A DNA stretch of 64,000 nt from Escherichia coli. GTDB lineage: Bacteria; Pseudomonadota; Gammaproteobacteria; Enterobacterales; Enterobacteriaceae. Below the pieces are notes generated by a model. The model worked only from the letters and a program-made list of their open reading frames with translations, did no database searches and was not told where the DNA came from. The translations under genes and the position numbers were made by a program. The DNA lies in the NCBI RefSeq assembly GCF_003790525.1, contig NZ_CP033635.1; one strand, 5' to 3'. Below are positions 46,618-55,917 of this stretch, in pieces (the first letter of the stretch is position 1; every line of letters starts with the position of its first letter).

Positions 46618-47775
46618 TTATTTAAATAAGGGTTTAAGCCCGCTCGGGGGTTGCTTCACCGATAACCAACCTCCCTTGCCTAAGTTATAACGCAGCCATT
46701 CACCTTGTTGGGCGTGTTCTTTCCCAATTCCAGTCGCTTGTTGAGTGTAAAGCTGCCCGTCTGTTGATATAAACGTGTTAGTTAATCCCCAACTACCCCC
46801 TGCTTCAAGTGAGTCGGAGAGATCCTCTGGCTTGAGATTAACCAACTCACCTTCGCCCAGGGCGTTAATTGTGACTTTATATATTTGGTTCTTATATAAA
46901 CCGGTATTCCGAACAAACAGATAAAAATATTCCGGATCAACTCCCGCCAGCGTTTCATAAATACACTCACTGCCCGCTGGAGTGGCTTCATATTTGAGCC
47001 AGGACACGTTATTCAGACCAATATTAAAAGGTGCACAGCGATAGCTGGTATCCTCCAGCTCATAGTCACGCTCGCCGCTTTTATCGCGATAAACTAAGCG
47101 TTCGCCAGGCATCCAACGTTTAATCTGAAAAGTTTTGCGATCGGCGGGCAGTGGCTTGCCATTAACAATCACCTGCGAATTTGTCTGCACAACAAATTGC
47201 AGGGAGGAATCATGCCGCAGGATTTGAAATCCGTCAGCGCTTCCCAACCAGTGCCCCTTATGCCAAAGACTATTTTTATCACGCAGTAAATTCCAGATGT
47301 CCGTCTCTTCAAGCGTTGACATATCCACCTGCTTATCACCGCTATTATCATCGGTACGCTGACCATCAAAATAGATACTGCGTTTATCAGCAGCGAAAGC
47401 GCCGAATGCCTGAAAACTGGCAGCGTCGACTATAGGTTTACCGGGGGGATTTTTCAGGACTTTGCCAGACCAAAGAACAGAGCGTCCATCGGTGAGCCAG
47501 GCATGTTCGCAATCCCCCTCATCATCGCAATCGAACTTATCGGGATTAAAATCGGACAGTAACCGGGAATCTTGTTTATTGGCTAAATTGGCAATACGCC
47601 AAAGGCGGGAAAAATTAATATCTGGTAATTCGGAGAGGATCTCATCTTTTTCCCCCTTCTGTTCGACAACATAAACCGTGCCTTTCTCCTGCTGGCGGTA
47701 ATAAAAATCCGCGCCCCAGGAAGGTGAAATAGAGGGAGGTAATGCGGCGATTAATAACCAACTGCGCTTAACCAT
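46618..47775 (-). CDS. Secreted repeat protein, paralogue B (about 386 aa), DKNYY-like repeats; function unknown
   Basis: ORF 46618..48003; probable start ATG 47773-47775 gives MVKRSWLLIAALPPSISPSWGADFYY (signal-like); shares a long conserved block with paralogue A (WLTDGR..LW.GK...NPPG.P.VDAA.F.A.G.FAADK.S.YFDG.RTDDN.G.KQVDM). Confidence 0.7.
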   Translation of the reverse strand: MVKRSWLLIAALPPSISPSWGADFYYRQQEKGTVYVVEQKGEKDEILSELPDINFSRLWRIANLANKQDSRLLSDFNPDKFDCDDEGDCEHAWLTDGRSVLWSGKVLKNPPGKPIVDAASFQAFGAFAADKRSIYFDGQRTDDNSGDKQVDMSTLEETDIWNLLRDKNSLWHKGHWLGSADGFQILRHDSSLQFVVQTNSQVIVNGKPLPADRKTFQIKRWMPGERLVYRDKSGERDYELEDTSYRCAPFNIGLNNVSWLKYEATPAGSECIYETLAGVDPEYFYLFVRNTGLYKNQIYKVTINALGEGELVNLKPEDLSDSLEAGGSWGLTNTFISTDGQLYTQQATGIGKEHAQQGEWLRYNLGKGGWLSVKQPPSGLKPLFK

Positions 47776-47863
47776 AATGAACTCTGCAACGAGTGGCAAA
47801 GATCCACGGTAAGCTCGCGCCTGAGGGCTGTCTATGATGGTAGATTTTTTTAGGAATATATAA

Positions 47864-47890
47864 AGACAAAGGCACCCGCAGGTGCCTTTC
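47864..47890 (-). terminator. Intrinsic terminator downstream of cycA
   Basis: aaaggcacc-cgca-ggtgccttt hairpin followed on the minus strand by a U-rich stretch. Confidence 0.65.
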
Positions 47891-47908
47891 AGAGTTATAA
47901 ACGCGGCA

Positions 47909-49312
47909 TTACTTCGCCATGCGTTTTTTACCAATAAACAGCCAGCCCAGCCCCAGCGCGATAAACCACAGCGGGGTAACCAGCAGCGCCTGGCGGGTGT
48001 CATCTTCCAGTGTCAACAACACCAGAACAAACACAAAGAACGCCATACATACCCAGCACATCAGCTTGCCGAGTGGCATCTTGTAGATCGACTTCTCATG
48101 CAGATGAGGACGCTGTTTGCGATACACCAGGTACGAGCAAAGGATAATCGTCCAGACAAACATAAACAGAATCGCGGAAACGGTTGTAATCATCGTGAAC
48201 GCGCCAATCACGCTGGGATTCACATACAACATCACCACGCCGCCGAGCAGACAGATACAAGAGAAGGTCAGCCCTTTCGCGGGTACTGCGCGCTTAGAGA
48301 GTTTAGCGAACGCTTTCGGTGCCACACCTTCCTGGGCCAGACCAAACAGCATACGGCTGGTAGAGAAGACACCGCTGTTAGCGGAAGACGCCGCAGAGGT
48401 CAGCACCACAAAGTTGATCACGCTGGCAGCCGCAGGCAAACCTACCAACACAAACAGTTCAACGAACGGGCTTTTCTCCGGGACTACCGAACTCCACGGC
48501 GTCACGGACATAATCACAATCAGCGAGAAGACGTAGAACATAATGATACGGATCGGAATGGAGTTAATCGCGCGTGGCAGTGATTTCTCTGGATCTTTGG
48601 TTTCCGCAGCGGTGGTACCTACCAGCTCAATCCCTACGAAAGCGAAAACCGCTATCTGGAATCCAGCAAAGAAGCCACTTAAGCCTTTCGGGAACCAGCC
48701 GCCGTCATTCCACAAATGTGCAAATGATGCTTCCACACCGGTCGGTGACTGAAAGTGCATCGCCACCATGACCAGGCCGACAACAATCAGCGACACGATG
48801 GCGACGATTTTGATCATCGCAAACCAGAACTCCATCTCACCGAACATTTTTACCGTGGCGAGGTTTAGAACCAGTAACAGAATGATCACGGATAACGAAG
48901 CAACCCAGTCAGAAAGCCCAGGGAACCAGAATTGCGCATAGGCGGTAATGGCAACCACGTCTGCCATACCGGTTACAACCCAGCAGAACCAGTAAGTCCA
49001 GCCGGTGAAATATCCTGCCCACGGCCCGAGTAAATCGGAAGCGAAGTCACTAAAAGATTTGTATTCCAGATTCGAAAGCAGCAATTCCCCCATTGCCCGC
49101 ATCACGAAAAAGAGCATAAAACCGATGATCATATAAACGAAAATGATCGACGGCCCGGCAAGGCTAATCGTTTTGCCGGACCCCATAAACAACCCTGTAC
49201 CAATGGCACCGCCAATGGCAATAAGCTGAATATGTCGGTTTGTGAGATTGCGCCGTAGCGACTGTTCAGCCGGAGCCTGATCATCGGCAACGACTTTTAC
49301 CTGATCTACCAT
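47909..49312 (-). CDS. cycA: D-serine/D-alanine/glycine:H+ symporter CycA (APC family), 467 aa
   Basis: ORF MVDQVKVVADDQAPAEQSLRRNLTNRHIQLIAIGGAIGTGLFMGSGKTI... Confidence 0.95.
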   Translation of the reverse strand: MVDQVKVVADDQAPAEQSLRRNLTNRHIQLIAIGGAIGTGLFMGSGKTISLAGPSIIFVYMIIGFMLFFVMRAMGELLLSNLEYKSFSDFASDLLGPWAGYFTGWTYWFCWVVTGMADVVAITAYAQFWFPGLSDWVASLSVIILLLVLNLATVKMFGEMEFWFAMIKIVAIVSLIVVGLVMVAMHFQSPTGVEASFAHLWNDGGWFPKGLSGFFAGFQIAVFAFVGIELVGTTAAETKDPEKSLPRAINSIPIRIIMFYVFSLIVIMSVTPWSSVVPEKSPFVELFVLVGLPAAASVINFVVLTSAASSANSGVFSTSRMLFGLAQEGVAPKAFAKLSKRAVPAKGLTFSCICLLGGVVMLYVNPSVIGAFTMITTVSAILFMFVWTIILCSYLVYRKQRPHLHEKSIYKMPLGKLMCWVCMAFFVFVLVLLTLEDDTRQALLVTPLWFIALGLGWLFIGKKRMAK

Positions 49313-49620
49313 GTTTTTTTCTTCCTGTACCTGTCTGTGTTGTTCAGGCTCTACGGCCTTTAGTCAGTCTATGATACGACGAATCTGTATCGGGACTCAT
49401 CGATATTAGGTAACAATACGCGGGATGAATACTAAGATTTAGATCTAATGTTAATTTTATGTTTAAAGTGAGTGTCATATCACGGTGATAACGCGAAACA
49501 GCTCACAAAAATACACGCTTACGGGGTCTTTGCAACATAAAATAGCGCCGTTTGGCAAACTGAAGGGTTTATTGCTGAATGCCTGCTCCCCTCTGGTTCG
49601 AGGGGAACAGAATGCGCTGC

Positions 49621-50241
49621 TTAGAGGATTTCCAGCAGTTCGACTTCAAACACCAGGGTGCTGAACGGAGGGATGGACGCGCCTGCGCCACGCTCGCCAT
49701 ATGCCAGTTCCTGCGGGATAGTCAGTTCCCATTTAGAACCTACCGGCATCAGAGTCAGTGCTTCAATCCAGCCAGGGATCACGCCGTTAACCGGGAATTC
49801 AGCTGGCTCGCCGCGAGCAACGGAGCTGTCAAACACGGTGCCGTCGATCAGTTTACCGGTGTAATGAACACGAACGCGGTCGGTACGTGCCGGAATTGCG
49901 CCTTCACCCTGGTTGATCACGCGGAATTGCAGGCCAGATTCGGTGCTATTTACACCTTCTTTTTTGGCGTTTTCTTCCAGGTATTTCACACCTTCAGCAG
50001 CCATCGCCTGGAAACGCTGACGACGAACGGCATCGGCGCGTTCGTGGATTTCACGCAGCGCGCGGTGCACCACATCAACCGGAACAGCCGGATGTTTGCC
50101 TTCCAGCGCATCAGCAATGCCTGCAACCAGTGCTTCTGGCAGCAGCCCTTCCAGGCCAGATTCACTCAGTTGTTGCCCTACCTGCAAACCAATGCCGTAG
50201 CTTGCTTGCGCTTCGATGGTGTCAAAAGTTGGGGTGGTCAT
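49621..50241 (-). CDS. fklB: FKBP-type peptidyl-prolyl cis-trans isomerase FklB, 206 aa
   Basis: ORF 49621..50400; ATG at 50239-50241 gives [25 protein letters not shown]... Confidence 0.93.
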
Positions 50242-50458
50242 CGTATTTCCTTTCTTAGGGTATAAAGTAGCGGGCAGCATATCAGCCACACTTCTTTGGG
50301 TAAAACTTTGTCGCGGGAATGATGACAAATCCCGGGGAAAAAGAAACAATAGCAATATCCCGTATGAATATAATAAAGGCGGGTTTACCACGGACATCAT
50401 AGCGTTAGCTTATTCATAGGCTATGATTGAGGAACAAGACGCGGAGCAGGAGGAAACC

Positions 50459-51088
50459 ATGCCCGGGCGCTTTGAACTAAAACCAACCCTGGAGAAAGTC
50501 TGGCACGCGCCGGACAATTTTCGCTTCATGGACCCGCTGCCGCCGATGCATCGCCGGGGAGTCATTATTGCGGCAATAGTGCTGATTATCGGTATTCTTC
50601 TGCCTGGAGATGAAACACGCCAGATGCCTGTTGTCACCCGCGAAGCGCAGTTAGATATGCAATCACCCCCCCCAGGTGAAGCACAGCTACAGGCACATTT
50701 AGTGACGCCGCAAAACGATCCGGATCAGGTCGCCCCGGTCGCGCCGGAACCTATTCAGGAAGGTCAACCTGAAGAGCCACCTGTTGCAGAGACACAATCT
50801 TTCCAACCGGAAAGTGGTATCGATCAACAGTGGCGGACATATCGCGTAGAACCAGGCAAGACCCTTGCCCAGCTGTTCCGCGACCATAATTTGCCGCCTA
50901 CAGACGTGTACGCTATGGCCCAGGTCGAGGGCGCGGATAAACCACTCAGTAACCTGCAAAATGGTCAGATTGTTAAAATCCGTCAAAATGCGAATGGGGT
51001 GGTTACCGGCTTAACCATTGATACGGGAAATAATCAGCAAGTCCTGTTCACCCGCCAACCTGATGGTAATTTCATCCGCGCACGCTGA
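50459..51088 (+). CDS. ytfB: Cell-division protein YtfB (OapA/LysM-like domain), about 209 aa
   Basis: ORF 50423..51088; ATG at 50459 preceded by GGAGCAGGAGG gives MPGRFELKPTLEKVWHAPDNFRFMDPLPPMHRR... Confidence 0.9.
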   Translation: MPGRFELKPTLEKVWHAPDNFRFMDPLPPMHRRGVIIAAIVLIIGILLPGDETRQMPVVTREAQLDMQSPPPGEAQLQAHLVTPQNDPDQVAPVAPEPIQEGQPEEPPVAETQSFQPESGIDQQWRTYRVEPGKTLAQLFRDHNLPPTDVYAMAQVEGADKPLSNLQNGQIVKIRQNANGVVTGLTIDTGNNQQVLFTRQPDGNFIRAR

Positions 51089-51727
51089 TTACCCACGGGC
51101 AGGGTTCACCAAAAGCCAGCTCAGGATGGTCTCTTTGATCACCCTGCGTCTGGCTTCCAAAGCCTCAGGTGAAACCATGCTAATGTGATAAACCATCCCC
51201 AGTGTGTACTGGTTTATTAAATAATATGCACCCAGTGCGGCGATATTAATGTTGATTTGTAAGGGATCAATATATTTCTTAAAGGTTTTCTGCCGCTGCC
51301 CTTCTTCTAATAATGAAGCCATTGACTGCAAATGTGCATGGTTAATTTCAGCGAGGCGTTTTGATTTTTTATAATGCACACCCTTACTTTGGTTTTCACT
51401 ATGGACAATTTTTAAAAACCACGGGTTATTGATGTAATAATCCCAAGTAAAATCAATTATTTTCTCGATCGCAATAACCGGCGAAAGCCCTGAAATGTCA
51501 AGCTCTCTCTCTTTTTCGCGAATATCGTTCCAGGTATATTCCAGTACTTCAATAAACAAATTTTCTTTATTACCAAAGTGGTGATAAACCGTCTGTTTAC
51601 TGCACCCTGCTGCCTTAACAATATTATCTACTCTGGCCCCTTCGTAACCATATTCGGCAAATTCATTAACCGCGCATAGCAGCAATTTTTCCTTCAGGTT
51701 TTGTGCGTGACTGGTATCAAGATACAT
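51089..51727 (-). CDS. TetR/AcrR-family transcriptional regulator (212 aa), divergent from the downstream catabolic/TRAP operon
   Basis: ORF 51089..51814; start ATG 51725-51727 with GAGGAAG RBS gives [51 protein letters not shown] (TetR HTH). Confidence 0.85.
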   Translation of the reverse strand: MYLDTSHAQNLKEKLLLCAVNEFAEYGYEGARVDNIVKAAGCSKQTVYHHFGNKENLFIEVLEYTWNDIREKERELDISGLSPVIAIEKIIDFTWDYYINNPWFLKIVHSENQSKGVHYKKSKRLAEINHAHLQSMASLLEEGQRQKTFKKYIDPLQININIAALGAYYLINQYTLGMVYHISMVSPEALEARRRVIKETILSWLLVNPARG

Positions 51728-51848
51728 TCCACTTCCCCACTTCCTCTTCGTGATGGCTATCATAACCGGATTTGATCTCAGCGACAGCAAAAAGGATAAA
51801 AGTCGTAATTTCATTGAGTTATCAAATTACCTGTGATCACTCTCGCAT

Positions 51849-51870
51849 ATCAACCAACTAGATGGTTGAT
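51849..51870. promoter_or_regulatory. Candidate TetR operator (22-bp near-perfect palindrome)
   Basis: atcaacca-actaga-tggttgat with one central mismatch, in the divergent intergenic region between the TetR gene and the SDR gene. Confidence 0.55.
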
Positions 51871-51936
51871 CTTTTTACCTTCCAGTCGCAAGCTAATCAT
51901 CACTCAAGGAAACAATATTCAAAAGAGGGTCATTGT

Positions 51937-52728
51937 ATGAAATCCACTCGTCCTGTTGCTGTCATCACTGGTGCTGCACGTGGTATTGGAAAGGGTTGTG
52001 CGCTGGAACTTGCTCGTAGCGGGTTTAACCTGCTGATTAACGATCGCCCTGATGCCGACAGCGTAGAAAAACTGCATATCACACAACAAGAATGTATGGC
52101 AGAAGGCGTGGAGGTCATTTGCTTCCCTGCCGATGTTGGCGATCTCTCCCTGCATGAAGAGATGCTCGACGCGGCGCAAAACCAGTGGGGGCGTCTGGAC
52201 TGTCTGCTCAACAACGCAGGGATTTCAGTGAAAAAGCGCGGTGACCTCCTCGATCTCGAGCCAGACAGTTTCGACCAAAACATTGCCATCAATACCCGCG
52301 CGCCGTTCTTCCTCGCTCAGGCATTCAGTAAACGTCTGCTCGCACAGCCGAAACCGGAAGCGGAGCTGCCGCACCGCTCGATTATTTTTGTCAGTTCAAT
52401 CAACGCCATCATGCTGGCGATGAATCGCGGCGAATACACCATTGCCAAAACCGCCGTTTCTGCCGCTGCTCGTCTGTTTGCTGCTCGCCTTTGTAATGAA
52501 CAAATTGGCGTTTATGAAGTGCGTCCTGGTCTCATCAAAACCGATATGACTATTCCGGCAACGGCCTATTACGACGAACTGATTGCCAAAGGTCTGGTGC
52601 CGTGGGGACGTTGGGGTTATCCGGCTGATATTGCTTCCACTGTCCGCGCGATGGCGGAAGGTAAACTGATTTACACCTGTGGTCAGGCGGTCGCCATCGA
52701 CGGCGGCTTAAGTATGCCGCGCTTCTGA
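51937..52728 (+). CDS. Short-chain dehydrogenase/reductase (SDR), about 263 aa
   Basis: ORF 51862..52728; ATG at 51937 after AGAGGG gives MKSTRPVAVITGAARGIGKGCALELARSG (TGxxxGxG); NNAG motif; catalytic Y-x3-K (YTIAK). Confidence 0.88.
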   Translation: MKSTRPVAVITGAARGIGKGCALELARSGFNLLINDRPDADSVEKLHITQQECMAEGVEVICFPADVGDLSLHEEMLDAAQNQWGRLDCLLNNAGISVKKRGDLLDLEPDSFDQNIAINTRAPFFLAQAFSKRLLAQPKPEAELPHRSIIFVSSINAIMLAMNRGEYTIAKTAVSAAARLFAARLCNEQIGVYEVRPGLIKTDMTIPATAYYDELIAKGLVPWGRWGYPADIASTVRAMAEGKLIYTCGQAVAIDGGLSMPRF

Positions 52729-52737
52729 GGCTGAATC

Positions 52738-53580
52738 ATGAGAGATCTGTTACAACGCCCGGATTTATTCAGTATCAATACCGCGACACTGGGCTATAAA
52801 ACGCCGCTGCCCGCCATTATTGATGCCTGCGCCGCACGCGGTATTGGCGCCATTGCCCCCTGGCGCAGGGAGTTGCAGGGTGAAGATCTCCAGCAAATCG
52901 CCCGCCAGCTTGCTGCCAGTAACATAAACGTTTCCGGTTTGTGCCGTAGCACCTACTACACCGCACCGACGCTGGCGGAGCGCAAACTGGCGATTGACGA
53001 TAACCGCCGGGCGCTGGACGACGCCGCTGTACTGAACGCCGCCTGTTATATGCAGGTGGTTGGCGGTCTGCCAATGGGAACAAAAGATCTGTACGAAGCG
53101 CGGGAACAGGTGAAACAAGGGATTCGCCAGTTGCTGCCACATTCGAAAGATGTCGGTGTGCCAATTGCACTGGAGCCACTGCACCCGATGACTGCTGCCG
53201 ATCGTTCTTGTCTGTGCACGTTACGTCAGGCGCTGGACTGGTGTGATGAACTCGATCCCGATGGCGAATTTGGCCTCGGCGTGGCGGTAGATGTCTACCA
53301 TGTCTGGTGGGATCCGGATCTCGTCAGTCAGATCCTGCGTGCCGGAAAACGCATCCTCGCGTTTCATGTTTCCGACTGGTTAGTGCCGACCACCGATCTG
53401 GTCAATGACCGTGGAATGCCGGGAGATGGTGTCATCAATATTCCGTCAATTCGTCGGCTGGTTGAAAACGCCGGATTTAATGGCGCTATTGAACTGGAAA
53501 TATTCTCACCGTATTGGTGGCAGCAAGATATTGACAGCACACTGGATATTAGCGTCGATCGCATCGCGCATTATTGCTAA
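52738..53580 (+). CDS. Xylose-isomerase-like TIM-barrel protein (sugar-phosphate isomerase/epimerase or dehydratase-type), 280 aa
   Basis: ORF MRDLLQRPDLFSINTATLGYKTPLPAIIDACAARGIGAIAPW... with features typical of the AP-endonuclease-2/xylose-isomerase TIM-barrel family; assignment from fold-family resemblance only. Confidence 0.65.
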   Translation: MRDLLQRPDLFSINTATLGYKTPLPAIIDACAARGIGAIAPWRRELQGEDLQQIARQLAASNINVSGLCRSTYYTAPTLAERKLAIDDNRRALDDAAVLNAACYMQVVGGLPMGTKDLYEAREQVKQGIRQLLPHSKDVGVPIALEPLHPMTAADRSCLCTLRQALDWCDELDPDGEFGLGVAVDVYHVWWDPDLVSQILRAGKRILAFHVSDWLVPTTDLVNDRGMPGDGVINIPSIRRLVENAGFNGAIELEIFSPYWWQQDIDSTLDISVDRIAHYC

Positions 53581-53589
53581 GGAATAATC

Positions 53590-54366
53590 ATGAGTGACCA
53601 ACCCGTTCTGTTCAGCAGAGCGGCGGCTTCTTGCCGCCTGACATTGAACCGTGAAGATAAATGTCATGCTATTAATGAAGAAATGATCGAATCTCTCGAC
53701 CATTATTTAAATGAAATTGAAAACGACACCACATTACGATTAGTCGAATTAACGGCAACCGGCGATAAATTCTTTTGTGCAGGCGGCGATATTAAATCGT
53801 GGTCAGCCTATTCGCCATTAGATATGGGCAGAAAATGGATTAAACGCGGCAATGACGTTTTTAATCGCCTGCGCAATTTACCTCAATTAACGGTTGCGAA
53901 TCTCAACGGTCATACCATCGGCGGTGGTATTGAACTTGCCTTGTGCTGCGATATTCGTATTGCTCGCCCCAGCGCGAAATTCTCTAATCCGGAAGTAATG
54001 CTCGGCATGGTGCCTGGCTGGATGGGCATTGAACGCGTGCTTAATCAGGTCGGTCCGGTGGTCGGTCGCCAGATGCTGATGCTGGGTAAACGCCTGACGG
54101 CGCAGGAAGCTCAGGCGGCGAATTTAATTGATGAAGTGGTAGAAAAAGAACAGGTGGAAAGCTGGATGGCGAATCAGTTAGCGCAGCTGGAAAAATGTGG
54201 TCCGGTGGCGCTTGCACATATTAAGCAACTGATTCTGGCACTGGAAAATAAACATGCCGATTACCCGCACCAGCTACTGGCCGGATTAATGTCCGCCACT
54301 CAGGATTGCCAGCAGGCGACGCGCGCCTTTGCCGAAAAAAGTAGCGTGAGCTTCCATAATCAATAA
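53590..54366 (+). CDS. Enoyl-CoA hydratase/isomerase (crotonase superfamily), 258 aa
   Basis: ORF contains crotonase oxyanion-hole motifs (FCAGGDIK ... GHTIGGGIELALCCDIRIA). Confidence 0.85.
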   Translation: MSDQPVLFSRAAASCRLTLNREDKCHAINEEMIESLDHYLNEIENDTTLRLVELTATGDKFFCAGGDIKSWSAYSPLDMGRKWIKRGNDVFNRLRNLPQLTVANLNGHTIGGGIELALCCDIRIARPSAKFSNPEVMLGMVPGWMGIERVLNQVGPVVGRQMLMLGKRLTAQEAQAANLIDEVVEKEQVESWMANQLAQLEKCGPVALAHIKQLILALENKHADYPHQLLAGLMSATQDCQQATRAFAEKSSVSFHNQ

Positions 54367-54375
54367 GGAAATTGT

Positions 54376-55917
54376 ATGCGTAAGATAACAACCGCCGAGG
54401 CACTGGCGGCGCAAATTCAGGACGGTGCGACTATTGCTATTAGCGGTAACGGCGGCGGTATGGTGGAAGCCGACCATATTCTGGCTGCTATTGAAGCGCG
54501 TTTCCTGCAAACCGGACACCCGCGCGATCTGACATTAATCCACTCGCTGGGTATTGGCGATCGCGACAGCAAAGGCACTAACCGTTTTGCTCACGCCGAA
54601 ATGCTCAAACGCATTATTGCCGGACATTTTACCTGGTCGCCCAAGATGCAGGAACTGGTGAAAAGCAATGCTATTGAAGCCTACTGTTTCCCTGGTGGCG
54701 TGATTCAGGCGTTGCTACGGGAGATCGGTGCCGGACGTCCGGGGCTTTTTACCCACGTTGGGCTGGGATCGTTTGTTGATCCACGCAATGGCGGCGGTAA
54801 GTCGAATGAATGCACTACCACCGACCTGGTAGAACTGATTGAAATCGATGGTGAAACCAAACTTCGTTATCGCCCTTTCAAAGTGGATTACGCGATTTTG
54901 CGTGGCACTTATGCCGATCCTCGAGGCAACGTCAGCCTTGAAGAAGAAGCGATTGATATGGATAGCTATTCCATGGCGCTGGCAGCACACAACAGCGGCG
55001 GCAAAGTGTTCGTACAGGTACGCGATGTGCTGGAAGCTGGCGCGATTGAACCACGTCGGGTCAAATTACCGGGGATTCTGGTTGATGGCATCGTTGAGCA
55101 CCGCGAACAACCGCAAACCTATCTTGGTGGTTACGACCTGACCATTAGCGGTCAACATCGCCGTCTAAGTTCTAACGACGCTATTGAACTGGTTAGTCAT
55201 CCGGTGCGTCGCCTGATTGCCCGTCGGGCAGCACGGGAACTGGTGGCAGGCGCTTCAACCAACTTTGGCTTTGGTATTCCGGGCGGTATTCCAGGCGTAG
55301 CGCTGCGCGAAGGCGTGCCTTATCAAAGTTTGTGGCTGAGTGTAGAACAGGGTGTACATAACGGCATGATGCTGGATGATGCTCTGTTCGGCTGCGCCCG
55401 TAACGCCGATGCCATTATTCCATCACTCGATCAATTCGAATTCTACAGTGGCGGAGGGATCGATATCACCTTCCTCGGCATGGGAGAGATGGATCAGTAC
55501 GGTAACGTCAACGTCTCCCATCTCAATGGCAATCTGATTGGCCCCGGCGGATTTCTCGAAATTGCGCAAAACGCCCGTAAAGTGGTGTTCTGCGGCACGT
55601 TCGACGCCAAAGGTAGCAAGATTGATGTAACGCCAGATGGCTTGCATATCGCCCAGTCAGGTCAAATCCCTAAACTGGTTACCCAGGTGGAAAAAATCAC
55701 TTTTAGCGCCGCCTACGCACAGCAAAGTGGTCAGGAAGTGTTGTATATCACTGAACGTGCAGTATTCCAGTTAACGGCAGAAGGCGTTGAATTAATTGAA
55801 ATCGCACCAGGTGTGGAGATTGAGCGCGACATTCTGCCGTATATGGCCTTCCGTCCAATTATCAATCAGCCACGCCTGATGGAAAGTAGCCTGTTTACGC
55901 CGATGGAGGATGCATGA
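54376..55917 (+). CDS. Family I CoA-transferase with fused alpha/beta subunits, YdiF-like (513 aa)
   Basis: Alignable by eye to E. coli YdiF along its length (GLGSFVDPRNGGGK, KLPGILVDGIV, YITERAVFQLTAEGVELIEIAPGVEIERDILPYM). Confidence 0.85.
   Translation: MRKITTAEALAAQIQDGATIAISGNGGGMVEADHILAAIEARFLQTGHPRDLTLIHSLGIGDRDSKGTNRFAHAEMLKRIIAGHFTWSPKMQELVKSNAIEAYCFPGGVIQALLREIGAGRPGLFTHVGLGSFVDPRNGGGKSNECTTTDLVELIEIDGETKLRYRPFKVDYAILRGTYADPRGNVSLEEEAIDMDSYSMALAAHNSGGKVFVQVRDVLEAGAIEPRRVKLPGILVDGIVEHREQPQTYLGGYDLTISGQHRRLSSNDAIELVSHPVRRLIARRAARELVAGASTNFGFGIPGGIPGVALREGVPYQSLWLSVEQGVHNGMMLDDALFGCARNADAIIPSLDQFEFYSGGGIDITFLGMGEMDQYGNVNVSHLNGNLIGPGGFLEIAQNARKVVFCGTFDAKGSKIDVTPDGLHIAQSGQIPKLVTQVEKITFSAAYAQQSGQEVLYITERAVFQLTAEGVELIEIAPGVEIERDILPYMAFRPIINQPRLMESSLFTPMEDA

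Noticed and set aside
47882-48583. 233-aa plus-strand His/Arg/Gln-rich ORF
   Set aside because: Antisense to cycA; low-complexity composition typical of spurious shadow ORFs.
49575-49620. Hairpin cccctc ... gagggg downstream of fklB as a terminator
   Set aside because: Not followed by a U-rich tract on the minus strand; insufficient to call.
49579-50265. 228-aa plus-strand ORF
   Set aside because: Antisense to fklB and extending into its promoter; no supporting features.
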